This document shows, piece by piece, positions 23,376 to 33,429 of a DNA stretch of 64,000 bases (position 1 is its first letter; every line of letters starts with the position of its first letter). The DNA comes from Diplonema japonicum. Its lineage: Eukaryota > Protista > Euglenozoa: Diplonemea. The notes beneath the pieces are model-generated. The model was given only the letters and a program-made list of their open reading frames with translations, searched no databases and was not told the origin of the DNA. The stretch lies in assembly GCA_964019335.1 (NCBI GenBank), contig OZ025691.1, positions 434,001 through 498,000 of the forward strand. Direction: 5' to 3'. Both the position numbers and the translations under genes were made by a program.

Positions 23376-25058
23376 ATGAGCGAACATCAATCAGAGCAAT
23401 CAGCAAGCAAACCCGGCGCACCTCCAAGCGGTGCCCCTGGGACCGAGCAAAGCTCGGTGCAGACGCGCCGGGACGGGCAGGGCCCAAACTGGGCGGAGAG
23501 GGTGGGGAAGAAGGTGAGTGGCGGGACGGTGACGGTGCAGCGGCTGGTGGCGCCAAGGGAGGCGGCCAGCGGGAAAGGAGGGGAAAGGAAGAAGGCGCCG
23601 GTGAAGGGCGCAAAGGAGGAGGTCGCCTGCAGGGCCATCATGGCTGAGTGGGCGGCAGGAGACGAGGCATGGAAAGCGGCGAAGGAAGACCCGAGAAAGA
23701 GTGTGATGGCCTTTCTCGGCAAGGCGGGCCTGACGGGAGTGCACGTAGGGCCACACATGGAGAGGGAAGGCAAGAAGGGGGAATCTGTCATGGATTTCCT
23801 AATCTGGATGGCACCGGAACAGGAGGGGACCGCGCTAGGGAACGAGGACGGTCCCTGGAAGATCGAGAGGAGGGAAAGGGGGGCCTTGTGGATGTCCACA
23901 AGGCAGCACTGGCTGGCACAAAACGTACTTGGGGCAGTGATGACACGGATCACCCCCTCGGCGACACTGACGCTGAACGGCAAGGGATGGGGCCTGCAGG
24001 TCAGCGAGAGAAGGGAGGAAGTGCAGGAGTACCTCCTGAAGGAAGGCCTCGGGGTTGTCAGAAAGACCACCTACGACATCCGAGGTCTCCCGAAGGGCGC
24101 GGACACAACCACCATCGAGGAGGTTGTCAAAGAAGCAGGGTGGAAAGCGGTGGTCATCCGCACCATCCCGAAGCAGGGGGGCACAGTGGCTGTGTTGCAG
24201 GCGGAGGCACCCCCAAGTTTCGGGGAGATAAAATGGCAGGGAGGAACGGCGGAGGTGTGGGAGGCAGGGAAGCCGCCGCCGAAGGCAGTGCGAAAGCAGG
24301 AGGAGGAGAAGAGGACGGACCCCGCAGACCCGGAAGAGTACGCGGGGCGCACGTACACGAAGCGCCAGTTCCTGGCGCTATACGGGAAGACACACGGGCA
24401 GAAGGCGTGGGTCGAAGCTGGGAAGGTAGCACCTGAGCAACAGCACCCGCAGCAAGAAAAACAACAGCAACAAGGAAAGCAGCACACGCGGGAACAACAA
24501 CAGAAGGAGCAGCAGCAACTGCAAGGCCCTACGAAAAAAGAAGAGATGCTCGAACAGGAGGTGGTAGCTCTCAGAAAGGAAGTGCAAGAACTGAAGGCAA
24601 TGCTGGAGAAGCTCTCTGGGAAGCCAACAGAGAAGAAACGGAAGGTTGGAGGGAAGTCAACAAGGGAGACGACACCCCCCACACAATCGGCATCACGATC
24701 ACCATCACCGAAGCCGAGGATGAGATCCCCGTCTGGGGTGAGGATGTCGGTGGAGCCCGAGGAACAGGCCACGGCAGGATACGCGGCGGAGACGACGACC
24801 TCGAGGGCCAAGACGAAGTCGAGGGCGTCGTCGAAGTCGAAGAGCCGGAGCCTAGCGAGGGACACCGAGCGAAGGCGGAGGGAGAGGGACACGGACAGGC
24901 ACGCCCACATCTACCCAGACCGCGACGAGGGCGAGAAGAAGCAGGGGAGGTGGTGGTGCGACGGTTGCGAGAAGCAGCAGCCGAAGAAGCGGTACCAGCT
25001 TAGGTGCCAGGTTGACGGATGCAGCCGCAAGGTATGCCGCGCGTGCGTGAGGCGATGA
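23376..25058 (+). CDS. Retrotransposon ORF1 (Gag-like, 560 aa) with coiled coil, RS-rich region and C-terminal Cys zinc finger
   Basis: Position upstream of the pol-like ORF; EVVALRKEVQELKAMLEKL coiled coil; CDGC...C...C...CRAC finger. Ends at TGA 25056-25058. Confidence 0.8.
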   Translation: MSEHQSEQSASKPGAPPSGAPGTEQSSVQTRRDGQGPNWAERVGKKVSGGTVTVQRLVAPREAASGKGGERKKAPVKGAKEEVACRAIMAEWAAGDEAWKAAKEDPRKSVMAFLGKAGLTGVHVGPHMEREGKKGESVMDFLIWMAPEQEGTALGNEDGPWKIERRERGALWMSTRQHWLAQNVLGAVMTRITPSATLTLNGKGWGLQVSERREEVQEYLLKEGLGVVRKTTYDIRGLPKGADTTTIEEVVKEAGWKAVVIRTIPKQGGTVAVLQAEAPPSFGEIKWQGGTAEVWEAGKPPPKAVRKQEEEKRTDPADPEEYAGRTYTKRQFLALYGKTHGQKAWVEAGKVAPEQQHPQQEKQQQQGKQHTREQQQKEQQQLQGPTKKEEMLEQEVVALRKEVQELKAMLEKLSGKPTEKKRKVGGKSTRETTPPTQSASRSPSPKPRMRSPSGVRMSVEPEEQATAGYAAETTTSRAKTKSRASSKSKSRSLARDTERRRRERDTDRHAHIYPDRDEGEKKQGRWWCDGCEKQQPKKRYQLRCQVDGCSRKVCRACVRR

Positions 25059-25139
25059 AACGCAGGAGCATGGAGGGGCGGCGGGAGGACAGAGGGAACG
25101 GAGAGGCAACTCCTGCGAAGCACAGCCGAACAGCTGCTC

Positions 25140-28100
25140 ATGAGATACATGCCAGTGGAAGGGGACGGAAATTGCCAGTTCGCTGCAATTGCTAGGGCGC
25201 GAGGAGCAGGGAACGCCAGCACAGTACGCGCACAGGCAGCAGAGTACATCGCGACGAACCCGGAGTTTTACAAAGAAGCAAGGAAACACTCCCTTTCTCT
25301 CAGAAGGATTGAGCATGACGGAGAGTGGGGGGACTACTACACCCTCGGAGCGGCAGGATGGGCAACCCAGACATGTATCTGGATCCTCCACAAAAAGAGA
25401 ATGGTGCGAGCCACGAAGCCAGACGGGGCGAAGCAGACGATTATAGTTGCTTACGACTCCCAGCACTACGACGCTGTACTCGCGCCGCTACACATGATGG
25501 ATTGGTTGGGCAAGACGGAGGCCACGGTAGTGCAGATGGAGGACCTGCTGAAGGTGGCACTTGGTACTCGGAACAAGAAGGCTACAGCACCTGGCCAGAC
25601 TTCGACTCTACAACAACGGGGAAATCTACCCGGCCCTGAACGAAGGGGTGTCCTGACCACTGGGACGGGGGCGAGTCAGGGGCGCCATACCCCCTATGAG
25701 AAGGCTGGTAACCGCACACTTAAAGTCCTAAGTAGTGAGGGTGAACAAACAGGCAGTACCAAGAAGCCACCGACACAGGTTTTCCATCTCGCAACTGCAA
25801 ATGTAGCGTCTCTGAGGAACAGGCTGGAAAGCGTCATGCAGCTCGACGTCGACGTGATCTGCCTACAAGAGACTGCACTTACGGCAGCAGGACAGAAAGA
25901 GGTGGCACACGCAATGAAATCCGCGACAGAGAAGAACAAGAAGCGAAAATACAGACCTATGTGGGCAGACCCGCAACAGGGAAGGATCAAGGAAGGTCTG
26001 ATATCTATAGATATCGCAAGACGAGGAGGCCTGGCGACTTTTGTACGCGAGCCACGAACAGCTCTGGGAACATCACTCGAGAGGGATGACGCTAAGCAAG
26101 ACATCAACAGTAGGTGGCAACACACAAGGGTCAGCATAGACGGGGAAAATATGTGGCTGCACATCATCACCGTGTACTGCCCAGCAGGGGAGGGAGAGGA
26201 ACCAAGGAGGCAACGAGAACGACTCTTGCAGCACGTCCTCAGGAAGAAGGCGATGGAGCTCGGGAACGTCCCCGTGATTGTGGCAGGCGACCTCAACACG
26301 GACGAGAAAAGATCGTATGAGCTTCGTCACGCGCTGATGAACGGATGGACTGATGCGGCAGGAGCATGCGCAGCGGGAAAAGGAGAAGACCCGATGCCAA
26401 CCTTCACTCGGAAGAACTGTGCATCGAGGATCGACTACATCCTCCTGAACGCTTTCGCAGCACAGGCGCTACAGGGCTGCAGAACAAGCAGGGATGTAAA
26501 GGGGGCGGACCATATGACTCTGACGGTAGAGCTGAGACTTGCGAGATTCCAGCAGACTGTGAAGAGATACATGATACCCCGAGAAATCCCAGGAGGCGTG
26601 GAACCAGCAGAAGAAGAGGGGAGTAAGGCACTCCAGGAGAGCAATTTCAGGGAACACATGCGAAAAGACCCGGAGGCGGCGTACCTCGCGCTAGCTGAGG
26701 CGAGCGAGAAGATACTTCTGGGGGACGAGACCGTCGGCACGGCACCTTATAGGGGCCGCGGCAAGGTGAGACAACCGCAACAGAGACAACTATGTGCACC
26801 AACAACAACTGGCTCGTGTGGGGCAGCGTCGATCATGCAAGTACGGCTGGAGAAAATGCGAGGCAGGCTGAGAGCCATTCAGACGCAGCTCAACATGTTG
26901 CAGAAAAGAGGAGGAGGGCAGCTCAGTAAGGTTACGGTGAACACAATCCACAACCTGAACGGGGAGCTCGAACACACGCGCGTGAAGTGCCTACCCATTG
27001 ACCCGACGCAGGCCAACATCGAGGACATGGTGGCGGATGCAGAGATCATGTCAGAGGCGGTGGAGAGACGCGAACGGGAGATGGTGAAGGAACAGCGCAC
27101 GGCAAGGCACAGGAGCTACCTTGACTCAGTCGAACAAGGAAAAGAGACGAAGGAGCTCGTGGACAGCGCGAAAGGAATCGAGGACAAGCGGGGGACAGCA
27201 ACTGTGGAGATGGAAAAGGACACGATTGCAAACCCGCAGGAATTGGACAGGACAATGAGGGAACATTGGGAACATGTCTTTGCGAAATACAGAGACAAGC
27301 CCCAGCCCGCGTACGCAACATTCGAGAAGGAGTACGGTGCGTACATCGAAAAAAGAGACATGGTGTGGACACCGATCACTGGGATACGCCTGAAGCAGGT
27401 GCTGAAGAAAAAGACGGCCAGAAGCGCAGCGGGGGTAGACGGCTGGCGGATGGCAGAGCTACGAAGGCTACCAGTATCCATATTGGACGCATGGGCTGTT
27501 TTCCTCAATGAGGTAGAGGAGACAGGAAAATGGCCGGAGTCGGCGTTGACAGCTCTGGTGACCCTTATCCCGAAGACCAAGAACGCAGGACCACTCGAGC
27601 ATCGGCCCATAACAGTCACGTCGGCAGTGTACAGATTATGGGCGTGCACAAGGCTTGGTGATATTCTCGAATGGCAAGAATCCTGGATCCACAAAACTCA
27701 ACACGGGTTTAGGGCCAGACATGGGACAGAGGACGTTCTCATGGACATCTGCACCAGGATAGAGGAAGCAGCGATGGACAAGACACCGTTGTTGGGTGTC
27801 GCACTAGACTTCGCCAAGTGTTTTGACACAGTTCCACAACAACTGGTGCTGAAGCTGATGGAACGGATGGGAATGGACAAAGGTATCCTGAGAGCGTTAG
27901 AAGGGATGTACAAGGGTCTCAGAAGGAGATTCAGATACGCGACAGGAGTAGGCGAGGAGTTCACAACCACAAACGGAATCCTACAAGGGTGCCCGATCTC
28001 CATCATCATGATCAACGCTCTACTAGCGGTCTTGATGAGGAGTGTGGAGGAACGAACGGGAGCGGAGACTCTGTCGTATGCGGACGACGCATACCTGTTG

Positions 28101-29981
28101 GCGAAACTAGCAGAAGTACTACAAAAAGCCACGGACAGTGCATCCGCATTCTGCGACATAGTTGGCATGGAGCTCAACACGAAGAAGTCCGAAGTGTTCG
28201 CAGCAGGAGCGAAGGCACCAGGGATAGAGGTAGCAGGAAGGCAGCTGCGGTCCACGAACAAGATCAAGGTCCTGGGGGCGAGGATACGCACGGATGGTCA
28301 GACGCAGACGGACAACACCAGGGCCAGGGCGGCGGGCGACACGCTACGGAGGCTCGCGACCACTCAGCTCTCTTTCTGGCAGAAAGCGGAAGTCCTGCGA
28401 ACAACGGTGCTACCCAGCTGTCTGTATGATGTTGCATTCGCGCCGCCGTCGGAAGGATACCTCAAATCGCTCACATCAACCGCGACATACGCCTTGTGGG
28501 GACCGAGGTACAGAACAAGATCACCAGCGGCGGTGCTGTCAAACCTGTTCAGCGGACACACACACGACCCAGAGGTAGCAGCGCCCTACAGAGCACTAGC
28601 AGCCATATACAGAACGAGACGAAAATTGGGAGAGGTGTGGGAGCGGTGCCAGAGACTTGCCAAAGGGTACCAAGACCCGACAAGAACGACACCTTTGGGC
28701 CCGATAGGCAACGCGATGAAGCGGTGGCTCCCGAAGATCAGCACAAACTGGGGGCAGTTCACCGAAATGCTAGCTGAGAACAAGGACAAATTCGCACATG
28801 TAGTGCGAGAAAAGCTAAGGTCGGGACGTGCGGAACACATACAGGACAGAAGACGCTCGATGGAGGGGTTAGACCGGGGCGCAGACCCACGCACGAACGA
28901 CCTGTGGCGAGAGCTGATGAGACTCGGACCACAAGGAGCAATGGCAGCGAGAGACCTCCGGAGGATCGTGGCGGGAGGGGTTTTCTACACCCACCCAAAG
29001 GCGTGGTACCAGGACAAAATCACCAGACGGGTACCACCCCCAGAGGGCGAGCAGAGCGAAAGCGAGGACAGCTCGGAAGAGGAAGGGGACGAGACACACG
29101 AGCGTGTGAACAAGAGACCAACAACAGACGAAGTCACATGCGACGCGTGCGGTGCGGAGGAGGACGAGAGCAACATGCTGCGACACGCATTATGGGAATG
29201 CAGTGTGGCGAAGGAGGTGCAACAGAAGGAAGTACATGCAGAAGTAGTGGCCAGCAAGACGGAAATGCCAATCTGCATGCAGCTACATGGAACGCTCCCG
29301 CGTGGTCACCGAACACACCAACACCGGCTGAGGAAGACGCAATACTACCTGCTGGAAGTGGTGGCAAAACGGGACCAGCTTCTCCAGGACAAGAGAAAGC
29401 TAGAAACGTACACGACGCACCCCTGGGAACAGGTAACGGAAGGAAACGCTCATGCGCCACCTGAATGGAAGGAGCTGAGGAAGCATGTGAGCGGGAGCCT
29501 GATGATGAAGCACGGTGAAGACATCGTCAAGTGGCTCAAAAAGCTGAAGTGGTACGATGGACCGAGGAAGACGACAGTCACCACAATGGAACTCGTACTA
29601 GACTTCGAGAACACGCTGGGCGTCGAGCCGATCACGGGGAAGAAGGGTGATCTAGACATGATACAGAAGAAAGCGCGGAGTTTCCACGGCCTCCTGGAAA
29701 GAATCCAAGAGGGGTGGGACACAGCACGCATACAGAAGAAGGTCAGAGGCAAACGGATCTTCCCAGCGGAGAGCCAGAAGAACCACGCGCTTAGAACCAT
29801 AGGTGCGAAGAAGAGTCTGGGATGGAACAGAAGGCCAGTTTTTGCATCAGAGAAAACCAAGAAGGACCTTAAGAAACTGGGCAGAAAGTGGCAAGAAGAA
29901 AGGGAGGATACTTTGAGGAAGGCAACACAGCCAAAAAAGAAAGAAAGGCCGAGGCCCCAGAAGGGAGAAAGGGGTAGATAA
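25140..29981 (+). CDS. Retrotransposon ORF2: OTU cysteine protease - APE endonuclease - reverse transcriptase - CCHC finger
   Basis: OTU: GDGNCQF (Cys 25173-25175), WG, HYDAV (His 25464-25466). APE: TANV, LQET, VY, GDLN, RIDY, DH. RT: RPI, QHGF, LDFAKCFD, GILQGCP, YADD. CCHC: CDAC...HALWEC at 29139-29201. Confidence 0.95.
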   Translation: MRYMPVEGDGNCQFAAIARARGAGNASTVRAQAAEYIATNPEFYKEARKHSLSLRRIEHDGEWGDYYTLGAAGWATQTCIWILHKKRMVRATKPDGAKQTIIVAYDSQHYDAVLAPLHMMDWLGKTEATVVQMEDLLKVALGTRNKKATAPGQTSTLQQRGNLPGPERRGVLTTGTGASQGRHTPYEKAGNRTLKVLSSEGEQTGSTKKPPTQVFHLATANVASLRNRLESVMQLDVDVICLQETALTAAGQKEVAHAMKSATEKNKKRKYRPMWADPQQGRIKEGLISIDIARRGGLATFVREPRTALGTSLERDDAKQDINSRWQHTRVSIDGENMWLHIITVYCPAGEGEEPRRQRERLLQHVLRKKAMELGNVPVIVAGDLNTDEKRSYELRHALMNGWTDAAGACAAGKGEDPMPTFTRKNCASRIDYILLNAFAAQALQGCRTSRDVKGADHMTLTVELRLARFQQTVKRYMIPREIPGGVEPAEEEGSKALQESNFREHMRKDPEAAYLALAEASEKILLGDETVGTAPYRGRGKVRQPQQRQLCAPTTTGSCGAASIMQVRLEKMRGRLRAIQTQLNMLQKRGGGQLSKVTVNTIHNLNGELEHTRVKCLPIDPTQANIEDMVADAEIMSEAVERREREMVKEQRTARHRSYLDSVEQGKETKELVDSAKGIEDKRGTATVEMEKDTIANPQELDRTMREHWEHVFAKYRDKPQPAYATFEKEYGAYIEKRDMVWTPITGIRLKQVLKKKTARSAAGVDGWRMAELRRLPVSILDAWAVFLNEVEETGKWPESALTALVTLIPKTKNAGPLEHRPITVTSAVYRLWACTRLGDILEWQESWIHKTQHGFRARHGTEDVLMDICTRIEEAAMDKTPLLGVALDFAKCFDTVPQQLVLKLMERMGMDKGILRALEGMYKGLRRRFRYATGVGEEFTTTNGILQGCPISIIMINALLAVLMRSVEERTGAETLSYADDAYLLAKLAEVLQKATDSASAFCDIVGMELNTKKSEVFAAGAKAPGIEVAGRQLRSTNKIKVLGARIRTDGQTQTDNTRARAAGDTLRRLATTQLSFWQKAEVLRTTVLPSCLYDVAFAPPSEGYLKSLTSTATYALWGPRYRTRSPAAVLSNLFSGHTHDPEVAAPYRALAAIYRTRRKLGEVWERCQRLAKGYQDPTRTTPLGPIGNAMKRWLPKISTNWGQFTEMLAENKDKFAHVVREKLRSGRAEHIQDRRRSMEGLDRGADPRTNDLWRELMRLGPQGAMAARDLRRIVAGGVFYTHPKAWYQDKITRRVPPPEGEQSESEDSSEEEGDETHERVNKRPTTDEVTCDACGAEEDESNMLRHALWECSVAKEVQQKEVHAEVVASKTEMPICMQLHGTLPRGHRTHQHRLRKTQYYLLEVVAKRDQLLQDKRKLETYTTHPWEQVTEGNAHAPPEWKELRKHVSGSLMMKHGEDIVKWLKKLKWYDGPRKTTVTTMELVLDFENTLGVEPITGKKGDLDMIQKKARSFHGLLERIQEGWDTARIQKKVRGKRIFPAESQKNHALRTIGAKKSLGWNRRPVFASEKTKKDLKKLGRKWQEEREDTLRKATQPKKKERPRPQKGERGR

Positions 29982-31223
29982 GTAGAGACAAGGGGGACGT
30001 TCCAAAACAGGAACCTCCTTTATCTCATCTCTTTTTTTTTTTTTTTTTTTTTATTGTCTTCTATATATATTTTTTTTTCTTTGAAAAAATCAAAACAATA
30101 GTGGGAAGCACTTCACATCGAAAAAAAAGACTTCAAAAAGACTTGTTTTCTCGCCCAGATGCCGTCCATCTCTTCGCGAAGATCACAACTGTGAATTTCT
30201 AAAGTGAATGTCAGCAGCTTTCTCTTTGCCGGTGCTTAAAAGAGTAGTTTGGGCAAACGTATTTCCTTTTTTTTTTTTTTTTTTTCCTCATTTTTTTATT
30301 TTTTTTGAATGAATTCTTAACCCAAGCAAAAAGGAAAAAAAAAAAAAAAAGAAAAAAAGGAAAAGGGAGTGTTTGTTCAAAAACAAAAAAAAGAATGTCA
30401 AACCAAAAAAAAAAAAAATCCTCACAGGAAGAAAAATGAAAATCTTCTTTCGGAAGAAGAAAGAAAAAAGATTCTTTTTTTTTGTGAGAGGCAGGAGGGG
30501 GAGGGCCCCCCCAACCTTTTCTTTTTACCACCCTTATCCTTTTAGAACTCGCTTTCTTCACTTCAGCCCCCCCCCCCCCCCCCCCCCTTCCCCCTTTTTT
30601 GTTGTTTTTTCGCATCTTGGAATTTTCAGGTGCGTGTGTCTTCATTATTATTATGTCTTGGCAGGATAGTTATTGAGGACCTCTAGGGGCAGGGGAGCAG
30701 GTGATCGCGACACCTGAAATAAAACTTACGGTAAAAATAGGCTTTAGTTATTAGGTATCAATATTGAAATCAGTACCAGAGTTCACTCTGCGGCCTGTAG
30801 TTCAACCTGTTTAAGTTATTTCACGAGAGGCAGGTGAAACTAACATCACTCGTTCAGCTATGGGATCGCGAGCATCCGAGCCATCTGATTTTTTATATAG
30901 ATAAAACCTTTTCTTTTTCTTTTTTTCTTCTCTTCTCTCTCTCGCCCGTTTTTGTTGTGGTAAAACACAAGTAAAATACAAAGCTTTCTTTTTTTTTTTT
31001 TTTTTAAAAAGAAAATTGTTATTGCAAAGAAAAAAAAAAAAAAAGAGTAAGAGGCAGCTTTGTTCCGTTTTTATCCCTGCTGTAGGTGGACGACTGGCAC
31101 CAGCCGACTCTTTTTTTTTTTTTTTTTTTTTTCCCGCCCCTTTGTACATCTCTTCTCCTCGCCCCCCGTATTTTTTATTCACATCGGCTTAAAAAAAAAA
31201 AAAAAAAAAAAAAAAAGCTCTTG

Positions 31224-31259
<36 letters not shown>

Positions 31260-31262
31260 AAA

Positions 31263-31679
31263 ATGATGAAAAGGTCAGTTTGCCGCTTCGCCACAGCCAG
31301 GCTCGATTCCGCGAAGTTGTTCAAAGAGATCAACCAAGAGCCTATGGTGGGCTGGAGGAGCAAGTACCAGCAGGAACTGTCCCCCGATGTGGAAGCTCAG
31401 AAGGTTGCAGTGCACAATCACAAGACCCACGAATATGGCGAGGGCTACGACGAGTTGAACGCAAACAACTTTCCCTACCCCCTCATGTATGGGACATGCT
31501 TCATTCTCTACTACTTGTGCGCGGTGGTAGGTTACTTTGTTGACATTAACGATGCACCAGACACTGAAAACCCCGTGAGGACCTTCTCTCCAAAGAACCC
31601 TGATGGAACCACCATCTTCCGAAAGGACCCTGAGACCCCCAGCGCTCTCTTCTCCAGCATGCTTGTTGTCAAGGAATAG
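31263..31679 (+). CDS. Small single-TM protein, probably mitochondrial
   Basis: ATG 31263 after poly-A; Arg-rich presequence-like start (MMKRSVCRFATAR); one TM segment (LMYGTCFILYYLCAVVGYFV). Confidence 0.7.
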   Translation: MMKRSVCRFATARLDSAKLFKEINQEPMVGWRSKYQQELSPDVEAQKVAVHNHKTHEYGEGYDELNANNFPYPLMYGTCFILYYLCAVVGYFVDINDAPDTENPVRTFSPKNPDGTTIFRKDPETPSALFSSMLVVKE

Positions 31680-31730
31680 AATTGTTTTCCCCTCTTTTTT
31701 TATTTTATTTTTTTTTTTTTCTGCCAAGGG

Positions 31731-31763
<33 letters not shown>

Positions 31764-32287
31764 GGGAACAAAAAAGAATTCTTTGTAGAGTTGCGGGTAA
31801 ATATAAAAAAAAGAAAAAAAAAAGAGGGGAAAACATTCTCAGGTGATAAAAAAAAAAAAAAAAAAAAAGAGTGAGAGGAAAAACGCTCTCTTGCTGATAT
31901 GGTGGTTGCCAAAAAGAAAAAGAAATAAAAGGGGGATAGATGACTGGTGTGGTTTTTCTTTTTTCTCTTTTTCTTTCTTCTTTTTTTTTCTTGCTTCGAT
32001 TCAACTTAGAATTGAAGGGGAGAGGAAAAAGAAAAAAAGAAAAAAGAATGAGGAAACAAAAAGAAAAGGAAACAACAAAACAAAACTTTTTTATGAGTGA
32101 AAGCCTTTTCATTTTTCAAGTATAATCTATTACGTTCTCTTTATCTCTCTCTACGCCTCCGTATACCTTTCAAAAGCTAAACTATCTCATTCCTTTCTCT
32201 CTCTCTCTTTCTCTCCCTCTCAGTTTTTTCTTTTTTTTTTTTTTTTTTTTGCCCTGTTTTTCGACAAAGATTTATTTTTGCTACTTC

Positions 32288-32318
<31 letters not shown>

Positions 32319-33429
32319 ATTTTCCGTCTCCCCTCCCCCAAACAGGCCGCCCTGTTACGGTACTGGCGGCGCTACAACCACGGCTATTTCTAAAATTTAA
32401 AAAATAAATTTAGGGATATTACTTTTTTTACTTCCAGGCTTTAATTGTTCTTATTCTTTTTTTTTCCCCCTGGCCCACCCCCCACCCCATTTCGCGATGA
32501 ATAGTTGAAATTGCTGCCAAGGCATTTTCTGATGGATCAATATTTTTTTTTTTATTCCCACAAAATATTTCTTTGCAATGGTTCTCCATGAATCAGGGGG
32601 GAGGCGGGGACGAAAAGAAATCTATTTTTTTTTTGACCGTCCGTGAGAGTAAGAAACTCAATAATATAAAAAAGAAAAGAAGAAAAGGTTTTTAAAGGAG
32701 ATTTGCCAACAGTCTATTTTTTTACAAGGCAGGGGAAAAGTGAATATTGTTTTTTTTTTTTTCTGGGCTTTTTTCTCTTGGGATGGTAAAGGAACCGGAA
32801 ATGAAAATAGAAGAAACTGGGAGACTGGAAGAAAAAAAAAAGAAAAAAGGACTGAAAAATAAAACAATCTTAGAAGAATGTAGAAGAAAAGAGTAGAAAA
32901 GGGGGGGGGGGGGGGGGGGGAGAGAACGAAAAGTAAGATAATGAGGAGAGGAAGGGGGCAATCACTATTGCCCCCAACCTTCCCCCTTTTTCTTTCTTTC
33001 TTTTCCTTAATCTTTTTCCCCACTCACTTCTTTCTTTTTTTTTTCTTTCTGAATTTCTTCTTTTTTTTTTTTCGACACGACCGGAAGTTCGCCTTTTTTT
33101 TTTTTTTTTGTCTCTTTCTTTCCCCCCCTTTTTTCTGAATTTCTTTTCCCCCCCTCACCCACCACCCCTCCCCTATTCCCCGCTTTTTCTTTTCTTTTCC
33201 ATTTTCATTATTATTCTCGTCTCAGTACAGTATGAACCCCCACCACCACCACCACCCACCACCCACCACCCTCCATTTCACAACACCAGGTTAATTCCAC
33301 ATAAAATGTTAAGATGAAAATATCGGGAGGTAGATACCCTCCCCAATCGTTTATATTCCTCATTCCTGAAGTCGACTGGTTTTTTTTCTTTTTTTTTTTT
33401 CCTTTTTTTTCTACACCCTGCATCCAGGA

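Larger units (their letters stand above)
23376..30020 (+). mobile_element. Non-LTR retrotransposon (LINE-like, APE endonuclease type) carrying an OTU protease; true 5' end not resolved
   Basis: ORF1 plus ORF2 with OTU, APE, RT (YADD at 28077-28088) and CCHC motif. No confidently called introns, strongly purine-rich sense strand unlike host genes, 3' stem-loop at 29990-30020. No TSD or poly(A) tail identified. Confidence 0.93.

Noticed and set aside
25055-25058. ATGA start-stop overlap at the ORF1 stop as the ORF2 reinitiation site
   Set aside because: ATG 25055 is not in the ORF2 frame and opens only a ~46-codon ORF ending at TAG.
25056-25058. UGA as selenocysteine or a reassigned stop codon
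   Set aside because: No SECIS-like AUGA/AA/GA stem was found downstream of the element, and TGA acts as a normal stop in many host genes here.
25608-25637. LQQRGNLPGP as a 2A ribosome-skipping peptide before the APE domain (as in L1Tc)
   Set aside because: The position is suggestive, but it lacks the D(V/I)ExNPGP consensus; only PGP matches.
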